Assembly (NCBI GenBank): GCA_965208125.1
Contig: OZ242320.1
Location: forward strand, 512,001 to 576,000
Direction of reading: 5' to 3'
Length of the DNA stretch: 64,000 bases
Source: Candidatus Latescibacterota bacterium
GTDB taxonomy: Bacteria > Latescibacterota > UBA2968
Made by a program: the position numbers and the translations under genes. Below, piece by piece: positions 30,307 through 40,509 of this stretch (within the stretch, counting starts at the first letter, position 1; each line of letters begins with the position of its first letter). The notes beneath the pieces are model-generated. The model made no database searches. It worked only from the letters and a program-made list of their open reading frames with translations, and was not told the origin of the DNA.

Positions 30307-31680
30307 ATGATGCGTTTTAGATATATCGCAATATTGGCAATTGTCTTTGCCCATGTGAATACAAGTGCCCAGGAAGAGCGACGGGAAATGCGCCTGACGC
30401 TAAATGAGTGTGTGGAGATCGCGCTGACGAGCAGTGCCCAAATTGAGCAATTTAAGTACACGGTTGCGATTGCTGAGACCCAGGTAGATAATGCGCGAAA
30501 TAATTTTTTCCCGACTAATTCTACGATGACCTGGGGGCTCAATCGAAGTGTTCAGGGACCGCGTGAAGGACAAGTTCTGGATCAGACGACCGGTACGCTG
30601 GTGCAGTTATTGGGGGAAGATCGAATTGGTGGTGGGCAGAACTTCAGAATTGGTGGACTGTCAATGCCCATTTATGACGGTCAGATTATCTCCCAGCTAT
30701 CGAGCGCGAAAAACAGTCTGATGCAAACGCAAATGCAACAAGCTGGCACTCGTCAAACGATCATTTTTCAAACCAAACAGCGCTACTTTCTATTGTTACA
30801 AGCCATTAAATTATTGGAAGTCCAGCAAGAGCGCGTACGAGTATCTGAAGAAAGCCTGCGCAGGGCAGAGACATTGTATGAGATTGGGTCCGCGGCAATT
30901 TTACAGGTGACGAATGCAAGATCGAATCTGGCGGGTTTGCGCGCAACCCTGATTCAGCGAGAAAATGCCGTGAGCATCGCTCAGTCAAACCTGGCATTTA
31001 CAATGGGCCTGGGCACAGATGTAGATATTATTCCATCAGAAGAAGAGTTTGAACTTCTGACTCCGAAATATTCTTTTTCTGATGCACTATCTATCGCACT
31101 TGCAGAACACCCCGACATTTTGGGTACCAAGTACAGTATGCTGGCATCCCGAGACACTTATAATGCGACGAGAAAGAGTTTGTACCATCCCAGAATAACG
31201 ATGAGCACGGGTGCTTATAGCTGGAGCATTGGTAAGGATGAGGAATTTGGCGGTATAGAAGACATATTCCTCAAGAACTATAACTATAGTTTTAGTATCG
31301 GCGTGACTATGCCCCTATTTAACTTCAATACGAGCATCAACCTGAAACGTCAAAAGCTACAGTATTTGCGCAGCCAGGAACAGTTAGACCAGGCCAAACG
31401 ACAAAAAGCATTGGACCTTCGACTGCGCTATCTCAACCTGGAGCGCTTTCGGAGATTGATCGAAGCAAATGAAGTGGCAGTACAAGCGGCTGAAGAAAAT
31501 TTTAAGCTGGAAGAAGAGCGATATAATTTTGGCGGGGGAACTTTTCTGGAACGATTGACCGCTCAACGCGATTTGTTTGATGCGCGCAATAATCTCGTGC
31601 AGTCAAAATACAACTATCTGATTGAAATGGCGAATTTGGAAAACGAAGTCGGCACACCTGTTGTCGGAAATCCTGAATAA
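30307..31680 (+). CDS. TolC family outer membrane channel
   Basis: Signal peptide, LTLNECVEIAL, MPIYDG, MPLFNF, two OEP repeats. Confidence 0.9.
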   Translation: MMRFRYIAILAIVFAHVNTSAQEERREMRLTLNECVEIALTSSAQIEQFKYTVAIAETQVDNARNNFFPTNSTMTWGLNRSVQGPREGQVLDQTTGTLVQLLGEDRIGGGQNFRIGGLSMPIYDGQIISQLSSAKNSLMQTQMQQAGTRQTIIFQTKQRYFLLLQAIKLLEVQQERVRVSEESLRRAETLYEIGSAAILQVTNARSNLAGLRATLIQRENAVSIAQSNLAFTMGLGTDVDIIPSEEEFELLTPKYSFSDALSIALAEHPDILGTKYSMLASRDTYNATRKSLYHPRITMSTGAYSWSIGKDEEFGGIEDIFLKNYNYSFSIGVTMPLFNFNTSINLKRQKLQYLRSQEQLDQAKRQKALDLRLRYLNLERFRRLIEANEVAVQAAEENFKLEEERYNFGGGTFLERLTAQRDLFDARNNLVQSKYNYLIEMANLENEVGTPVVGNPE

Positions 31681-31695
31681 TACGGAGGCGAGTTT

Positions 31696-32154
31696 ATGGG
31701 TATGTTTTATCGAACTGGTGTGGGATTGGTTGCGGCTGCTCTGATCTTGAGCATGGCTGTACCTGCCCAGGCTGTGGGTAAAGACTTTTTGATGCGATCA
31801 AAATTTCACAGCGCGCTGATGTTTGGCCTGGGTGGCGTTCTGGTTAAGCAAGCAGTCGATGCAAAAAAAGAGGCCAATGATGCTTATGATCTTTACAAAC
31901 AAGCCGGTACCTCTGCATTAGCACGAGAATTTTACGATAATTCCAAGCGCCATGACACCCGCGCCGCGGTATTGGGCGTTGCCGGTGGCGCAGCGATTCT
32001 TTTTTCCGTGCATCTGTTTCTAAAAGAAGACGAGAGTGGTTTACCGCCTCCGAAGATGGATCGAGGCATCGTGAACATCAAGGGCGTAGCATTAGATATA
32101 AAAGGCGATGTGTTTCAGAGAAAGATGCAGGTACAGTTAAAAAAAGGATTTTGA
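31696..32154 (+). CDS. Hypothetical exported/membrane protein
   Basis: SD GGAGG, signal peptide, two hydrophobic helices, C-terminal F. Confidence 0.7.
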   Translation: MGMFYRTGVGLVAAALILSMAVPAQAVGKDFLMRSKFHSALMFGLGGVLVKQAVDAKKEANDAYDLYKQAGTSALAREFYDNSKRHDTRAAVLGVAGGAAILFSVHLFLKEDESGLPPPKMDRGIVNIKGVALDIKGDVFQRKMQVQLKKGF

Positions 32155-32165
32155 AGAAACAAAAC

Positions 32166-32206
32166 AAAAAAAGGGTCAATGCTCGCGTGAGTGTTGACCC
32201 TTTTTT
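32166..32206 (+). terminator. Intrinsic terminator
   Basis: AAAAAAAGGGTCAA...TTGACCCTTTTTT. Confidence 0.8.
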
Positions 32207-32233
32207 GCATGGTATTAGTGGAGGGCGTTTGAC

Positions 32234-32728
32234 ATGCCGTCGGGTAAGACACATACGCGGATTGATCTTTTTTTGCTGATAATCATCATCGGCATAGGGG
32301 CCTGTTTTTGGGGATCCCTCGTCGAATATTTCGGACGCGATGAAATGGTCGAATACGGAACTGTTTTTGTGATTGCCTATTTATTTGGCACGTTTTTATT
32401 ATCGCCCGATCTGGACTTAAAGGCCAGTGATCCATTGAAGAACTGGGGGATTTTGCGTTTGCTGTGGCGGCCTTATTCCCATATTTTTAAACACAGAGGA
32501 CTTTCTCATACGCCGATTGTGGGCACCCTGACCCGGGTGCTTTATATTTTCATAGTTGTGTACGCACTCGCAGCTATAGCCAACGCATTCTTTGATCTGG
32601 GTTGGAAAATGTCGTTTAACGACTTGAAGGACATGAATTTCAAAATCGTAATATGGGCACTTGCGGGGTTGTGTTTGCCCGATCTTTTTCACATTTTGGC
32701 CGATCACACACTTAAAAACGCCCGTTGA
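32234..32728 (+). CDS. DUF2227 putative metal-binding membrane protein
   Basis: MPSGKTH, LSPDLD, HRGLSH, HILAD. Confidence 0.85.
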   Translation: MPSGKTHTRIDLFLLIIIIGIGACFWGSLVEYFGRDEMVEYGTVFVIAYLFGTFLLSPDLDLKASDPLKNWGILRLLWRPYSHIFKHRGLSHTPIVGTLTRVLYIFIVVYALAAIANAFFDLGWKMSFNDLKDMNFKIVIWALAGLCLPDLFHILADHTLKNAR

Positions 32729-32753
32729 CTTCTGGTTTAGTGCCCCTTATATT
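32725..32753 (+). promoter_or_regulatory. sigma70 promoter
   Basis: TTGACT-17bp-TATATT, 11 nt before GTG. Confidence 0.55.
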
Positions 32754-32764
32754 GCACATCCGCT

Positions 32765-33619
32765 GTGCTCAAAGCATTGGGAGACAGGTTGAACTGGCAA
32801 CGCAAAAATTTTTCAGTGCTGGTCATTCCAGACGATGGTTCAAGGACCCTGAAGTTTAAGCTCAGTTATCACATGCTATTGGGGATAGGTCTGGGATCGG
32901 CCTTTGCGCTGTGTATGGTATTTATCGGTCTGTTTTTTTTATGGGAAGCCCTATATTGGAAACGCACCGCACAAATGCTTGAACAGGACAATGAGCGCCT
33001 GTACGCCGATGTTACTCGCGTGGATGAATTGGCGCAAGTGGTAACGCGCATGAAGGTCGGAGAGCAAACACTGCGTTCTATATTGGCCAGTCACACCGGC
33101 TTGTCGCCAACACCCGTTGAAGCACGGTACCTTGAAGGTGACTATGCAGTTGCAACGCTATTGGTGCAAAACAAGCCGCGTGGTGGTCTGGATATGCACT
33201 GGGTTCCCGCAATCTGGCCTGTATCCCCTTCTGTTGGATGGGTGGCACGCGAGTTTGAAGCGAGTGACAATTGCGTCAGCGTGCTATCTCCGACGGGCAT
33301 ATTCAAAAATCGCCATTCGGGGATTGATATCGCAGCCAGTGAAGGGACGCCTGTGCAGGCCACAGCCGATGGACAGGTGACATTTGCAGATTTCGATCCC
33401 GAGTTCGGATATATGGTGGTTATTGATCACGGTGGCATTTATACAACGCGATATGGTCACAATCGCACACTGCTGGTCAAAGAAGGAGAGTATGTTGGAC
33501 AAGGGCAATACGTTGCACTGGTGGGTACCTCAACGCAAAGCCGTGAGCCTCATTTACACTATGAAGTTATCGAAGGGGGACGGGCATGCAATCCGCGCGA
33601 TTTCTTACCTCGAAAATAG
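32765..33619 (+). CDS. M23 family metallopeptidase with N-terminal TM and coiled coil
   Basis: HSGIDIA, YGH, PHLHYE. Confidence 0.9.
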   Translation: MLKALGDRLNWQRKNFSVLVIPDDGSRTLKFKLSYHMLLGIGLGSAFALCMVFIGLFFLWEALYWKRTAQMLEQDNERLYADVTRVDELAQVVTRMKVGEQTLRSILASHTGLSPTPVEARYLEGDYAVATLLVQNKPRGGLDMHWVPAIWPVSPSVGWVAREFEASDNCVSVLSPTGIFKNRHSGIDIAASEGTPVQATADGQVTFADFDPEFGYMVVIDHGGIYTTRYGHNRTLLVKEGEYVGQGQYVALVGTSTQSREPHLHYEVIEGGRACNPRDFLPRK

Positions 33620-34089
33620 CGAAGTTTAACAAACAGAACCACGTAGAAGCCATCAATACGATTGTAGGCGAGAAATCGGTTGTGGAAGGGTATTTTGAGA
33701 TCGCCGATAGCATTCGCGTAGATGGAACTTTTCGCGGGAAAATTACGTCTTCTGGTTCACTGATCGTCAGTGCTCAGGGAGAGATAGATGCCGATTTGAT
33801 CCGGGTAAAAGATGCGGTTGTTGACGGATGCGTCAAAGGGCCTCTGGATGCCTCGCACTCAGTAAGGCTTGGCCCCAGTGCTGAAGTTGATGGCGACATT
33901 ACAACTCAGGTACTGATAGTCGAAAAGGGTGCTGTATTGCGCGGGACCTGTACTGTAGCACCCAATTCTGTAGATATAGAAAAGCAGGAAGATAACAAAG
34001 AGAAGCAGGAAGAGGTCGATATAGAAAAGCAAGAAGACGAAGACAGGGATATAAAAAAGCAAGAGGAGGTCGAGCAGGTAGCAGATTGA
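33586..34089 (+). CDS. Bactofilin (polymer-forming cytoskeletal protein) with acidic repeat tail
   Basis: TIVGEKSVVEG, IRVDG..GKI, VDGDI, IVEKGAVLRG; start position uncertain. Confidence 0.82.
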   Translation: MQSARFLTSKIAKFNKQNHVEAINTIVGEKSVVEGYFEIADSIRVDGTFRGKITSSGSLIVSAQGEIDADLIRVKDAVVDGCVKGPLDASHSVRLGPSAEVDGDITTQVLIVEKGAVLRGTCTVAPNSVDIEKQEDNKEKQEEVDIEKQEDEDRDIKKQEEVEQVAD

Positions 34090-34106
34090 TCGACACTGCG
34101 ATAAAC

Positions 34107-34138
34107 AAAAAACGCGCGTTTATGACGCGCGTTTTTTT
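34107..34138. terminator. Bidirectional terminator
   Basis: A6-CGCGCGT-ttatg-ACGCGCG-T7 between convergent genes. Confidence 0.85.
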
Positions 34139-34182
34139 ATTGCCTATTCCCAGATGGCTGACCCGCTGATACTAAATCGTAT

Positions 34183-35478
34183 TCAGCACAGGCTTTGATA
34201 ACGACCATTGGGCAAAAGACGCTGTGCATTGTGTTGGCTGAGCTTAACCTCCATTAAAACATCGTTGCCCTTGTAGTCCGTGTGCAAAACTTCGCCAATT
34301 CGGTAGAGTTCTGACAGGAGCTTGCCCTCGCGTTGCGGAATCTGCACCCTGAGCGTCAGACGGTCACCCTCAAGATAGTTGTAGATCGCCCACCTCAAAT
34401 CTTCGAGTCCCTCGCCCGTTTCAGCGGAAAGCCAGACAGCATCGGGATATGTCGCTATCAGATATTCGCGTCGGGTCTGATCTTCTAACAGATCATTTTT
34501 GTTAAACACCATCATCGTCGGCCTGTTGGCTACGTCGAGTTCGCCAAGCACCTCAATCACCGTGGCGATATGTTCTTCACAAGCTGGATGGCTGACATCA
34601 ACAACGTGAAGCAAAAGATCGGCTTCAATTGCTTCTTCGAGGGTACTGTGAAAAGAAGCGATCAGATGGTGGGGCAGCTTTTTGATAAAACCAACAGTAT
34701 CGGACAACAGAATATCGCGGTTATAACCAAGAGAGACGCGCCGCGTAGTGGAATCGAGGGTGGCAAAGAGCCGATCCTCAATCAAGACATTGGCGCCGGA
34801 AAGGGCACGCATAAGCGTAGATTTGCCCGCATTGGTATAGCCGACAAGTGCTGTGCGAAAAATATCGGTGCGTTGTTTGCGGGCAACCGCGCGTTGTCTG
34901 GCAATGCGGTCAAGTGCTTGCTTGAGGACGGTAATGCGGCGATTGGTCGCACGTCGATCCACCTCGAGCTGCGTTTCACCTGGACCGCGCGTACCCACCC
35001 CCCCAGTGCTACCAGTACCGCCGGCCTGCCGCGAAAGATGGGTCCATTGACGGGTCAATCTGGGCAACATATAGATGAGTTGGGCCAACTCGACCTGTGT
35101 TTGCGCCTCTCGGGTTCTGGCGCGGCTGGCAAAAATATCCAGAATAAGTCGGCTGCGATCGATAATTTTAACTTCAAGCAGAGTTTCGAGATTGCGGGTT
35201 TGTGCCGGCGAGAGGTCTTCGTCAAAAATAACGACCTGGGCATTGCATTCTGTGACCTGTTCGACGAGTTCTTCTGCCTTGCCGCGACCAATCAGGTACG
35301 CAGAGTCTCTCTGCCGGCGTTCCTGAAGCACCTGCACTGCAACATCAACACCCGCCGTATCCGCCAAAAGCCCGAGTTCATCAAGCGTGTCCTGTGCTTC
35401 GTCCAGTGAAATGCCGGGCAGCGCAAGCCCGACGAGTATGCCCCGCTCAAGCGCGTGTTCTTTTGTGAGATCGTACAT
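34183..35478 (-). CDS. hflX: GTPase HflX
   Basis: GPGETQLE, GYTNAGKS, LFATLD, DTVGF, NKND. Confidence 0.97.
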   Translation of the reverse strand: MYDLTKEHALERGILVGLALPGISLDEAQDTLDELGLLADTAGVDVAVQVLQERRQRDSAYLIGRGKAEELVEQVTECNAQVVIFDEDLSPAQTRNLETLLEVKIIDRSRLILDIFASRARTREAQTQVELAQLIYMLPRLTRQWTHLSRQAGGTGSTGGVGTRGPGETQLEVDRRATNRRITVLKQALDRIARQRAVARKQRTDIFRTALVGYTNAGKSTLMRALSGANVLIEDRLFATLDSTTRRVSLGYNRDILLSDTVGFIKKLPHHLIASFHSTLEEAIEADLLLHVVDVSHPACEEHIATVIEVLGELDVANRPTMMVFNKNDLLEDQTRREYLIATYPDAVWLSAETGEGLEDLRWAIYNYLEGDRLTLRVQIPQREGKLLSELYRIGEVLHTDYKGNDVLMEVKLSQHNAQRLLPNGRYQSLC

Positions 35479-35517
35479 AGTAGTGTTTAAGTAAGTGTGA
35501 TAATGTTATTGTAACTC

Positions 35518-36069
35518 TCATGCATCCATCTGCGTGGATGCACTGTGAGATAGCCCATCTAACGTCTTAGAAGCTGTCTTAAAATTCGGTCTTATAATAG
35601 ACGCAATCTCTTCCGCCCGTTCCCATGATACGGTCACCTTCTGCTTCAAACCCCCATCTTTTGGCTGTAAGGCAGCGATATGCGGAGGTCCACTCCCCCA
35701 GTTGCTCGACTTTCGCCGAGGTACAACATGCATGTGAAAATGCGGCACCTCCTGCAAACTGGCCACGCCATTATTCTGATAGACCGTAATCCCATCCGGG
35801 TTGAAAGTTTTAACAAGCGCTTCCGCTGCTATACGGACCGTCTTCATAATTTCGCCAGCCTCATCATCCGTCAAATCCAATATCGTCGGCGCATGGCGGC
35901 GAGGAACAACGAGAAGCTGACCGATTTCAAACTGCCTGGGATTGAGCAACGCAAGCGTCTTTTCAGTCGCATGGATAACATGCCTTTTTTCACCGCGTCC
36001 GGCAACTATTTCACAAAATGGACAGGGATCCCACGTCGGCATCTCAAATGAGGCAACAGTATCACTCAT
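35518..36069 (-). CDS. HIT family hydrolase
   Basis: CPFC, QEVPHFHMHVVPR. Confidence 0.9.
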   Translation of the reverse strand: MSDTVASFEMPTWDPCPFCEIVAGRGEKRHVIHATEKTLALLNPRQFEIGQLLVVPRRHAPTILDLTDDEAGEIMKTVRIAAEALVKTFNPDGITVYQNNGVASLQEVPHFHMHVVPRRKSSNWGSGPPHIAALQPKDGGLKQKVTVSWERAEEIASIIRPNFKTASKTLDGLSHSASTQMDA

Positions 36070-36983
36070 CTTTCATCCTCATCTCGTCCGCTTTGATTCA
36101 GTCTCCCCCAGTGCTTTTGTCGCACCAATGGCATCCAGCCAAACCGATTGTAGAACCTTCCCGCGCCTGCTTCTTCGTCCTCCCGTGCAACGGAAAGCAC
36201 CACCCTGTCGCACTTAGCCAGCCGCAACCATTCAACAGCGTGACGGACAACCCACGAACCGACTCTCTGATTTCGCATAGATTTGATCGTCTCAACCTCC
36301 GAAAGCTCCGCCCATCCTGTCAATGCGGGCAACAGACCGCCTTCGGTGAGATCTGAAATACACTCACACTGCCCAACGTTTCGTCCATCGAGCCGAGCGA
36401 CAAATCGCGTACCGAATCTCCCCACATCGCGATGAATCGTCATACCTTTTACTGGCGGCTTACCAGGAGCAGAGATACCAGTCAGCGTGCCACCATAGAC
36501 GGATTCGTCAACATCCTCATTCGATGAATAACCAAATTGCTCCATCAGACCGATTATGTGTGGCCAAACATCCGGCACTCCTAAGCAAATTGGAACCGAT
36601 AGACCATTCCCCCAGATCTTCTCGTCCTTGACCTGCCAGGCATCCATTTGGCACCGGCACTCCTTCAGAACTGCCGCCCCAGCTTCACGCTCTCCTGGAC
36701 GGAACAAAAACCAGGCAATATCTCCAACACCCTTCCAGCGCGTGTCATCGCCGTATCGGAGGAGATGCGCCGCCGCGCAAACGCGATCGTTGACGATTCC
36801 AACAATGGACTTTCTTTCAACAACCCAGGGATCAACAATAGCCTCCTTCGGATTCCTCTTCAGGTGCTCCCAAAAGTAATCTGGCGTCAAGCTCCACCCG
36901 GGTATCACGGTACTGAGATGACTATTCACAAGATCCATGACCTGGGGCAGATGAAAACGATCAAGAGGTGCTATTTGTACCAT
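36066..36983 (-). CDS. Tandem GNAT acetyltransferase
   Basis: MRNQRVGS, RFYNRFGW. Confidence 0.75.
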   Translation of the reverse strand: MVQIAPLDRFHLPQVMDLVNSHLSTVIPGWSLTPDYFWEHLKRNPKEAIVDPWVVERKSIVGIVNDRVCAAAHLLRYGDDTRWKGVGDIAWFLFRPGEREAGAAVLKECRCQMDAWQVKDEKIWGNGLSVPICLGVPDVWPHIIGLMEQFGYSSNEDVDESVYGGTLTGISAPGKPPVKGMTIHRDVGRFGTRFVARLDGRNVGQCECISDLTEGGLLPALTGWAELSEVETIKSMRNQRVGSWVVRHAVEWLRLAKCDRVVLSVAREDEEAGAGRFYNRFGWMPLVRQKHWGRLNQSGRDEDER

Positions 36984-37001
36984 GCGTAATCCCAAAACGT
37001 T

Positions 37002-37721
37002 TTATGTATTATGAGGGCTATGGAAGTCTAACAAAGCATCTATGTACGCACCAGCGGATTTACGCAAGCGTTCAAACCGCTCTTTGGAAATAGGCCCCTG
37101 ATCTTCTTTGACACACAAATCTGATATAATGCGAATACCGACATATTTGATCTCGTTAATCGCACAAACATCCACAATAGCCGCTGACTCCCAATTCACA
37201 GCTATGGCACCACTCTCTACGGCGATTCTATCTCGCACCTCGCGGTCATAGATATCCATATCTCCGCAAATCACGGAAGATTTCCTGACCGTAGCGCCCG
37301 AATTATTTTTTGATAGACACATTGCGAACCTGTCTATCGAAGCGGAAGAGGCATCGAAGAGGCATCCTCTCCATTCATCTTGCTCGCTCTGAATCTCTGG
37401 CCTATTTGGTACATCGTGCTCAGAAACACCAGTGATTACGACAATGTCTCCAATACGTAAAAAATCTACCAGACCACCCGCAAATCCAAACTCGAAAAAT
37501 GTATCTACCTTATACTTGTCTATGATCATCTGACACATCGAAGCCGCTCGCACCTTGCCCATCCCCGACTGCATTATGACCCACTTCTCATCTCCATCGC
37601 ACCATGCAAACTGCAACCTGCCATTCCAGTCAACCGAATCGCTCGCATCATGTCCCAGAACATCGAGAAGCGCCCGCGTCTCATCTGCGTAAGCTGTCAT
37701 AACGCACAGCTTTGAACTCAT
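37002..37721 (-). CDS. MTA/SAH nucleosidase-like (PNP_UDP_1)
   Basis: SGMGKV, GFAGG, NWESAA, IRIISD. Confidence 0.85.
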   Translation of the reverse strand: MSSKLCVMTAYADETRALLDVLGHDASDSVDWNGRLQFAWCDGDEKWVIMQSGMGKVRAASMCQMIIDKYKVDTFFEFGFAGGLVDFLRIGDIVVITGVSEHDVPNRPEIQSEQDEWRGCLFDASSASIDRFAMCLSKNNSGATVRKSSVICGDMDIYDREVRDRIAVESGAIAVNWESAAIVDVCAINEIKYVGIRIISDLCVKEDQGPISKERFERLRKSAGAYIDALLDFHSPHNT

Positions 37722-37736
37722 AGATATATCTCCATT

Positions 37737-38210
37737 TCATCGCAATAATTTCTCAAAAGAAACAATAGTCATTCTCTCGTTAATCTCTCGAGTGCCTCCA
37801 GTTCTCCTATATCCCATTTTCTCATAAAAATAACAGTTGCCTTCCTCTTGCAGAATCGTCTCAAGCTCCCAGCACTCCGCATCAACAACGCCCTCAACAA
37901 GTGCCAGAGCATCCTGGCCATACCCCTTCCCCTGATGCTCTGGAATAATAAACATGGGACTAACTCTCGCTCGTCTCACCTCATCATCGTAGATAATTCT
38001 GATCGCTCCGATTTGCACACCATCGAGCATAATAAAGTAGTAAGTGGTATGGGGCTGCTTTAATCTGTCGATAACCCGTTCAACATCTTCATTGGCCGGA
38101 TTCGTATCGTAATCCCGATACTTATGGAGCAGTGGCAAAAATGACGCAACCTGAAGTCGGTGAATAGCTGCGGCATCTCTAATAGATGCTTTCTTTAAAC
38201 TGATTCGCAT
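37737..38210 (-). CDS. GNAT acetyltransferase
   Basis: PEHQGKGYG, FYEKMGY; start MRISL at 38210. Confidence 0.88.
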   Translation of the reverse strand: MRISLKKASIRDAAAIHRLQVASFLPLLHKYRDYDTNPANEDVERVIDRLKQPHTTYYFIMLDGVQIGAIRIIYDDEVRRARVSPMFIIPEHQGKGYGQDALALVEGVVDAECWELETILQEEGNCYFYEKMGYRRTGGTREINERMTIVSFEKLLR

Positions 38211-38214
38211 AAGT

Positions 38215-38766
38215 TCACCTATTTTTCCGCGCCTCCCATTCATCACGCAATAAACCACACCATACCATGTTTTTAAATTCGCCTCTTAGATAGATATCCT
38301 GGCGCAGGACACCTTCACGGACCATTCCGAGCTTCTCCATTACCCGGAGAGAACCGACATTTCTCTCATCGGCTGCAGCGCGAATGCGATTCAAATCTGG
38401 ATAGGCTGAAAACGATTCGTCGATAACAGCACCCGCGGCTTCCGTAGTCAGTCCTTTTCCCCAAAAGCGTCGGGCAATGCTATAGCCCATTTCGCCAACG
38501 CGATTATCAAAATCAAATCCAATATTAATCCCACCAATAACAGAACCAGCGTGTTCAATCGCCCAGGATATGCGTGTTTTGCGATCCTGCAACAGTTGAC
38601 CTGCCACAAATTTTTCGGCATCTGCTCTCGTGTAGGGTTGGGGAACCGGGAGAAAGCGCGCCCATTCCGGATCGGATGCGTATGACAGAACATCCTCAAC
38701 ATCCACAAGGCTAAACACCCTGAGTATCAATCGGTCTGTTTTAATAAGTTCCGACAGCATTTTCAT
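38215..38766 (-). CDS. RimJ/RimL-type GNAT
   Basis: IKTDRLILR, FWGKGLTTEA, NVGSLRVMEKLGM. Confidence 0.92.
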   Translation of the reverse strand: MKMLSELIKTDRLILRVFSLVDVEDVLSYASDPEWARFLPVPQPYTRADAEKFVAGQLLQDRKTRISWAIEHAGSVIGGINIGFDFDNRVGEMGYSIARRFWGKGLTTEAAGAVIDESFSAYPDLNRIRAAADERNVGSLRVMEKLGMVREGVLRQDIYLRGEFKNMVWCGLLRDEWEARKNR

Positions 38767-38780
38767 ATCTCTCTTTTTCT

Positions 38781-39401
38781 TCAGAGCACATCCTCATTTA
38801 ACCACCTGAGAAAACTCTCGTCATTGGTGTATTGATAGGCAAAACCACCACAACCTCTGAACAACTCAGGCTCCTTGCTGCCATCTTCGATTAAGAGACT
38901 ATTTCCATAGTGAATATCATCCCCCAGAGCTTCAAATGCAATGGGCCAGAGTGCGCGCTTGTCGATTTCTCCGTAATCGGAAGAATTGATAATCACATCA
39001 AATTTCTCGTCCAATCCATGCTCTGGAACAACGACATCTGAAAAAACATCCATATTGGCAGTTACAATCGCTGTTCGTCTCCCTTGACTTCTCTGCGTCA
39101 GTGCGAAATTCAAAACTACCTCATTAAAGTCAAGATCCTTGCATCCCAACTCCATAGTTTCCAAAACCGCAGAAATATCCATATTTGCGTGATCGGAGAC
39201 AATGGCCGCAATATCTCTAAGACTCAAGGCATTCGTCATCCACATCCTGCAGATATGCCGATTGGCGAACACATGCTCTTGAATAATATCATGCCACTCG
39301 GGACATTCTGGCGGGGATACCTTGAAATAGAGATCCGAAGACAACGTAAAACCGAAATCGAAAACAATGCACTTGAACTTGCTCAGATCACCGACCTTCA
39401 T
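38781..39401 (-). CDS. HAD-superfamily-like protein
   Basis: IVFDFGFTL, IVTAN, LLIEDG. Confidence 0.7.
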   Translation of the reverse strand: MKVGDLSKFKCIVFDFGFTLSSDLYFKVSPPECPEWHDIIQEHVFANRHICRMWMTNALSLRDIAAIVSDHANMDISAVLETMELGCKDLDFNEVVLNFALTQRSQGRRTAIVTANMDVFSDVVVPEHGLDEKFDVIINSSDYGEIDKRALWPIAFEALGDDIHYGNSLLIEDGSKEPELFRGCGGFAYQYTNDESFLRWLNEDVL

Positions 39402-39416
39402 TTCTCACAGCCTTTT

Positions 39417-39478
39417 GACTGAACTCCTGGGATAGCCTCGAAATAGTGAAGGCATCACTCTACAAATAGGGATTCAAT
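39417..39478. repeat. 62-bp direct repeat, copy 1
   Basis: GACTGAACTCCTGGGATAGCC...GGGATTCAAT; 60/62 identical to 43582..43643. Confidence 0.95.
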
Positions 39479-40300
39479 AGCTCTGACAACACCAGGTACG
39501 TACTGCTCAAAGCCGTAATTCAGAGCAAAGAAGACAACAAAAAAGAGCTTTCGCTTTGACTCATAATCCACCCTCGTCCAGAAGTTCTCCCCCAACGGCA
39601 ATTGGTAGTGTTCAACCATATCCTCGGCAAACTGCTTCCCGAACCTGCGGTAAAATATTGCGAAATCAGCAGCCGGATCGCTGAGACTCAAATCGCCGAA
39701 ATCAATCACCCCAACAATCTTCGAGTGTGCCTCATCAATCAGGACATTGTTGGTACCAAAATCCGAATGAGCAATGACGTTCTGATATGTGGCAGACGCG
39801 ACTTTTGGTATTGCTCGTTGGAAGTAGTCTTCGGCTTTCTCCCGAGTATGGCCTCGCAGGAGCGGAGACACGGCAGGCCATAATTCCCGCCAAAAATCTT
39901 TACCCCCAAATGGAGCAACCTTGATATGCTGGTGTTCGAATGCAACGGCGTGAAGGCAAGACAGAAAATTACCCAAAGCTTCTGCCGTGGATTTTCTCTC
40001 CTTCTGATCGAGATTCTGAAATATCGCCTCAGAAAACTTGACCCCCTCTATCTTTTCATAAGCTATGTAGTTGTTACCCGAGTACTGTATTTCCGGGATC
40101 TGTAAAGGTGAGTCTTTCTGGAAAAGGGGTAGAAAAGCCTGTTCAACAGCAAGCTGAGTATTTGATAGATCTCGAACAAAACGGAATATCCACTTCGCAT
40201 TTACTTCCAAAACCACATTCGTCCAGCCTTCATCCAACTGAATAATGGATTCTACAGGCTCAGTTAGCGCATTCCGAACAATTGATTCGTACGTCTGCAT
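39455..40300 (-). CDS. Aminoglycoside phosphotransferase family (APH(2'')-like)
   Basis: EGWTN, WIFRF, HSDFGTNN, VIDFGD..DPAADF. Confidence 0.88.
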   Translation of the reverse strand: MQTYESIVRNALTEPVESIIQLDEGWTNVVLEVNAKWIFRFVRDLSNTQLAVEQAFLPLFQKDSPLQIPEIQYSGNNYIAYEKIEGVKFSEAIFQNLDQKERKSTAEALGNFLSCLHAVAFEHQHIKVAPFGGKDFWRELWPAVSPLLRGHTREKAEDYFQRAIPKVASATYQNVIAHSDFGTNNVLIDEAHSKIVGVIDFGDLSLSDPAADFAIFYRRFGKQFAEDMVEHYQLPLGENFWTRVDYESKRKLFFVVFFALNYGFEQYVPGVVRAIESLFVE

Positions 40301-40509
40301 GCGATTTAGCTGAAATACGCGTAATCCCCAAGTCCTTCAGGCTTGGGATGTAACGCGCTAAAATTTCTGGGGCGGTGCTTTAGCCTGGGGCATATCGCGA
40401 ATATGCGATATGGGTGGTGAATCAACCAGACTATTCGAATAATTCTACATGACAATATGCTATGTATTTGTTAGATTTAACCTATACAACCTAACACAAG
40501 GGGTTGATC

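Noticed and set aside
40368-40392. Second IS-end-like sequence GCTTTAGCCTGGGG inside the left end
   Set aside because: Matches only the 3' arm of the hairpin; not enough to call a nested element
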